Assembly (NCBI GenBank): GCA_964270895.1
Contig: OZ185435.1
DNA length: 64,000 bases
Direction: 5' to 3' (one strand)
Origin: Podarcis filfolensis
Lineage: Eukaryota
Part shown: positions 60,437 through 64,000 of the stretch, in pieces
Layout: each line of letters opens with the position of its first letter
How positions within the stretch are numbered: position 1 is the stretch's first letter
Notes under the pieces: generated by a model
What the model was told of the DNA's origin: nothing
Seen by the model: only the letters and a program-made list of their open reading frames with translations
The model's database searches: none
Position numbers and translations under genes: made by a program

Positions 60437-62142
60437 AGCATGTCCAATTAATATTTGGCACCAACCAATTAGTCAGCTAAAACTTTATTTCATTAGCCGG
60501 TCACACTTATTACATATTGCAACCCTGTTATATTAGTTTCCATAATAGTCCAGATACCTACAGCCGGTCCAGGTTAATAGCGTATGGTGCACTTGAGAAG
60601 GATTTCTTTTTAAGAAAGTGGCTCCTGCGTGCTTTTCTTTTATGCATTGCAGCATAGATCACATAAGCACTGTTCGGGCAAGGTATTTGTGACACCACTC
60701 CAAAGATATCAAAGCAATTATATACATGGTTGCTATTTATCAGAATGTTTACTTTACCAAAGACTTTATGGAAGAGGAAATCCTACTTAGCATGCAGAAT
60801 AGAATAGTCCCATCCTCTGAGAGTAACATGATAAATAGTTCTTTATATTAGGGGTCAAAAACACTTCGCTACTCCATGAACAGAAATAAGCTTTTATTTG
60901 GCGTATTTATCACATATTTAACCTGTCCTTCCTCCAAGGAGTTCAGAGTGCTGTCCATGGGGTTATCCTAGTTTATGCCCTCAACAATTTTGTTCAGTAA
61001 AGCTAAACCAAGAAATATAAACTTGCCAGTTGCTTTCTGCTCTTTGAGCCAGTTTCATTCAGGGCAGGGCATGCTGCAGCCTGGCACAGTTTTACCCACC
61101 TGATGTATATGGTATCCCTTCTAATTAGAAGGCTATTGACTATTTGCTATGGAACCTTGATGATACGCTTTTATTTAGAAGATGACCTGACTACATTGTA
61201 TGGAACCATCCCATGGAAATAGCATTTTAAATTATTTAGCTGAATTAAACATGGCTTGTGCACTTCTGATTCACTTACAGATTTTCCTCATATGCAACTT
61301 GGTATTCATTCAGTTGTTCCATTTATATTAAAAGGAAAATCCATTTTAAGCAGCAGTAGTTGCCAGCTACCTTTGGAGCAGTGGCATGCCCTTTCAAACA
61401 ACAGACACCTGTTCAAAATAAATCTTTAAGCCCATAAATCACTAGCAACAAGTTTTGTTTTGTTTTTTGCTGCAGGTAATCCTCATGGCTCAGCAAAGCA
61501 TTTATTCTTGATCTTTTATTTTCTCATCTGATGGGTCATTGAGCAGAAGTTTCACACAATTACTAGCTTGACAATTTCTTTAGGTAGCTATTTAGAACAC
61601 GGAAAAGGCCTGTGGGCAGTTTGGGTTGCAGTTCTGAATGTCATTGTTTCTAATCTTTTTCGGACTGAAGCATGAGGTATCCATGCTGAGGTTGTTTTAG
61701 TTTCCTTCAGAATTTACATTTGTGTTGTTATATCATTTTAATTTGTATCTTTTTAAAATTTCCTTAATATTTCATATTGACTACTTATTTTAAAAAGACT
61801 TGAGGAGTGTGCTACTTGAGTTGCAAACATTTGAATTGGCCATGTATCTGAGAATGAGTCTCAGGTCTTAACTTGGTAGGTGCTAAGAGCAATATATAGC
61901 ACAGGACACTTAAGGAAAATTTCACTCCTGACAGAATATAAAGTTGGGTTACAAACCGTATCCAAGTCTGATAATCTGTTGAAATGAGGTACTGGTTTGT
62001 CATCCTCCCCTTTTCCAGAAAGGGGTTTTGAGGACACATGATGCAGCCACCTTGCTGGAGCTCAGCAAGCCCCATGTGCCTGTAGAGTTTGCTGCTGTCC
62101 TGGTGCCTAAGTATTTACAGGCAACTCCACACCCCTTCTTAT

Positions 62143-62297
62143 CAAAGCTGTCAACCTTCCCTTTTTTTGCGGGAAATTCCCTTATTCCAGCGCCATTTCT
62201 CACTGCTATCCTGGATTGTTAGATATCCCATAGACTGTCCCCGGGATAGGTGAGACTGCTGATCCCTTATTTTCAAATCTGAAAGTTGACAGCTATG
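62143..62297. mobile_element. MITE with CA(T/A)AGCTGTCAAC termini, 155 bp
   Basis: TIRs caaagctgtcaac / gttgacagctatg; imperfect 8-bp TSD cttcttat / cttctata. Confidence 0.8.
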
Positions 62298-62499
62298 CTT
62301 CTATATCTTTAAACCAGGATGGAATCCGACACCCTTCAAATGGCCAGCTGTCCTATGACAGCCCTACAGATAAAGGACTATCCTTTGTACAGTAGGGCAC
62401 ATGGCCACCCTGGGCCAGGGATCAGTTACGCTAGAGTGAAAGAACACTAAAGGCATATTTTGCCACTTGTTTATGTCAATCTTTGCTGATGGAGAGATG

Positions 62500-62612
62500 G
62501 AAGTCTTCTTTGCCAGAGTGGAGGTAGTATGCCTCTGAATAAGGGCTGATAGGATTCACAAGTGAGGAGAGTGTTGTTGTGCTCAGGTCCTGCTTGCCAG
62601 CTTCCTGTAGGC
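62500..62612 (+). mobile_element. CR1 LINE 3' UTR fragment
   Basis: tggaggtagtatgcctctgaata...gagagtgttgttgtgctcaggtcctgcttg. Confidence 0.7.
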
Positions 62613-64000
62613 TTCTGTTTTTATTTATTTATTTCAACCATTTGTATACTGCTTAACCTCATAGTCTCTCAACAGTGTTGGCTTCTATGAGAGCTGGCCT
62701 AGGTGACCCTTTGGTCTGGTGCACTAGGGCTGTACTTACAGAAGAACCCAGCTTTGGATTCCACAGGGTCAGTACTTCACAGTTCCTTTATAGGAAGTTT
62801 GCAGTTCTTTAAAAAATATTGACTATTCTTGTTGCTCATACCCATTACATAACATTTGCAGTATCTTAAGTGAAACATGTGTTCCTTTATCAGATGTCAC
62901 ATGGAGGCAATAATATGGTGCAATATTGGAAACTATTTTATGCCTTAACCAAAAAGGAGATTTCCCTTTAACACAATTTATCATAATGATAATGTAGAAT
63001 CTGAAAACCTCTCAGGAAGATATATTTTAAGGAAGTCGGAATAGAACAAGATGTAGCTGTTTTTCAGACCTGCAATCATTTTTATGTGAAGTGTAGTCAA
63101 ATCAAGTTATCGTTTCAGGAAGATGTATGCTTGATCAGTCTTGTATTATAATGTGCCTTTTATGAACATATACAAAACATCTGTGATGAGAAATAATGGA
63201 ATAATAACAGAAAAGTGGGGGACATTCTTGAGGTATTATCTCCATAAATTATGAGCACTGGTATTCTAGGGCTTAGATTGTAGAGAAAACAAAAGGAAAC
63301 ATGAGACAAAATAGATTAACTCATGTGTGCCTGTCCAAAGCAGACAAATATACTCTGTGGCAAATTTCAAATTAGCTAGATGATGTGAATTATTAATGTG
63401 TATTAAATCATGTTAACTGTTCTTGCATATCAGTTCTCAATGCTTGGGATATATTGGCTTAAAGTGAATTGGTTATAAACTTGATCTGTTTTGCATTGAA
63501 CATTTTTGGCTCCCACATTTTCATTTTCATCCTACCATTTATTTTATGAAAATTGTGCCATGAATCAGACTTTTTTTTTTAATGTTCAGGATTTTAGGAA
63601 TACTGATCTAATTTCATAAAGATGTCCAAAACAGTTTTTGTTAGGTGATTGGGTTGCTTTTTTAACAGTTTTTTTAAAAACAGTTTTTGTTAGGTGATTT
63701 GTTAGGTGCACGTTCTTATTTGGGAAAATGTGTTCTTAGAATTTCTTTGAGAGGCAGGACCGTTGCCAAACATTTCATTTTGGTTTTGATGCACATGTAA
63801 TAAGTGCAGCATGCAGTTATAACAGGCAGCTATTTTCATAAATGATGGCTTTCGCCATCAAATTACATTTTGACTGGAATATTTGGAAAGAATTGGATCT
63901 CACATCTTTTGTCAGATCAAGAGCTTGTTTAGCCATACTGAACTACTTCAGATTATCACATCTCAGTTTAGTAAACTAAAATTTTATTGTGCATATAGCT

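Larger units (their letters stand above)
1598..64000 (+). other. NCKAP5: Long NCKAP5 intron (runs past the window end)
   Basis: GT donor at 1598. The next orthologous exon (R|MEETVRNLLQSQG...) was not found by reading the + strand. Confidence 0.7.

Noticed and set aside
1598-64000. Next NCKAP5 coding exon (MEETVRNLLQSQG...)
   Set aside because: Several gatggaaga-like hits (for example about 51470 and 60770) do not continue in the expected peptide; the exon is presumably beyond the window.

Overview
Vertebrate (non-microbial) genomic DNA from a squamate reptile. The repeat set (Sauria SINE, BovB, Squam3-like SINE, squamate CR1/L2/L1, many hAT and Tc1/Tigger MITEs) points to a lizard, probably a lacertid; the species assignment is inference. 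One host coding exon is recognisable: a 134-bp NCKAP5 exon at 1464-1597 (+). I found no further NCKAP5 exon, so the rest appears to be one long intron. The largest feature is a young, 5'-truncated L1 inserted antisense to the gene (30955-35047), with a perfect 20-bp TSD, a poly(A) tail and an intact 1246-aa ORF2. Other notable items are: two LTR-like elements that both carry a long ORF starting at LTR base 2; a triple-nested hAT > Tigger-MITE > solo-LTR stack; an unidentified L1-type retrocopy; a perfect 3x20-bp palindromic array; two AG|GT recursive-splice-like sites; and a cluster of eight AATAAA hexamers. Family names come from recognition of motifs and termini, not database searches. Boundaries of old repeats are approximate.
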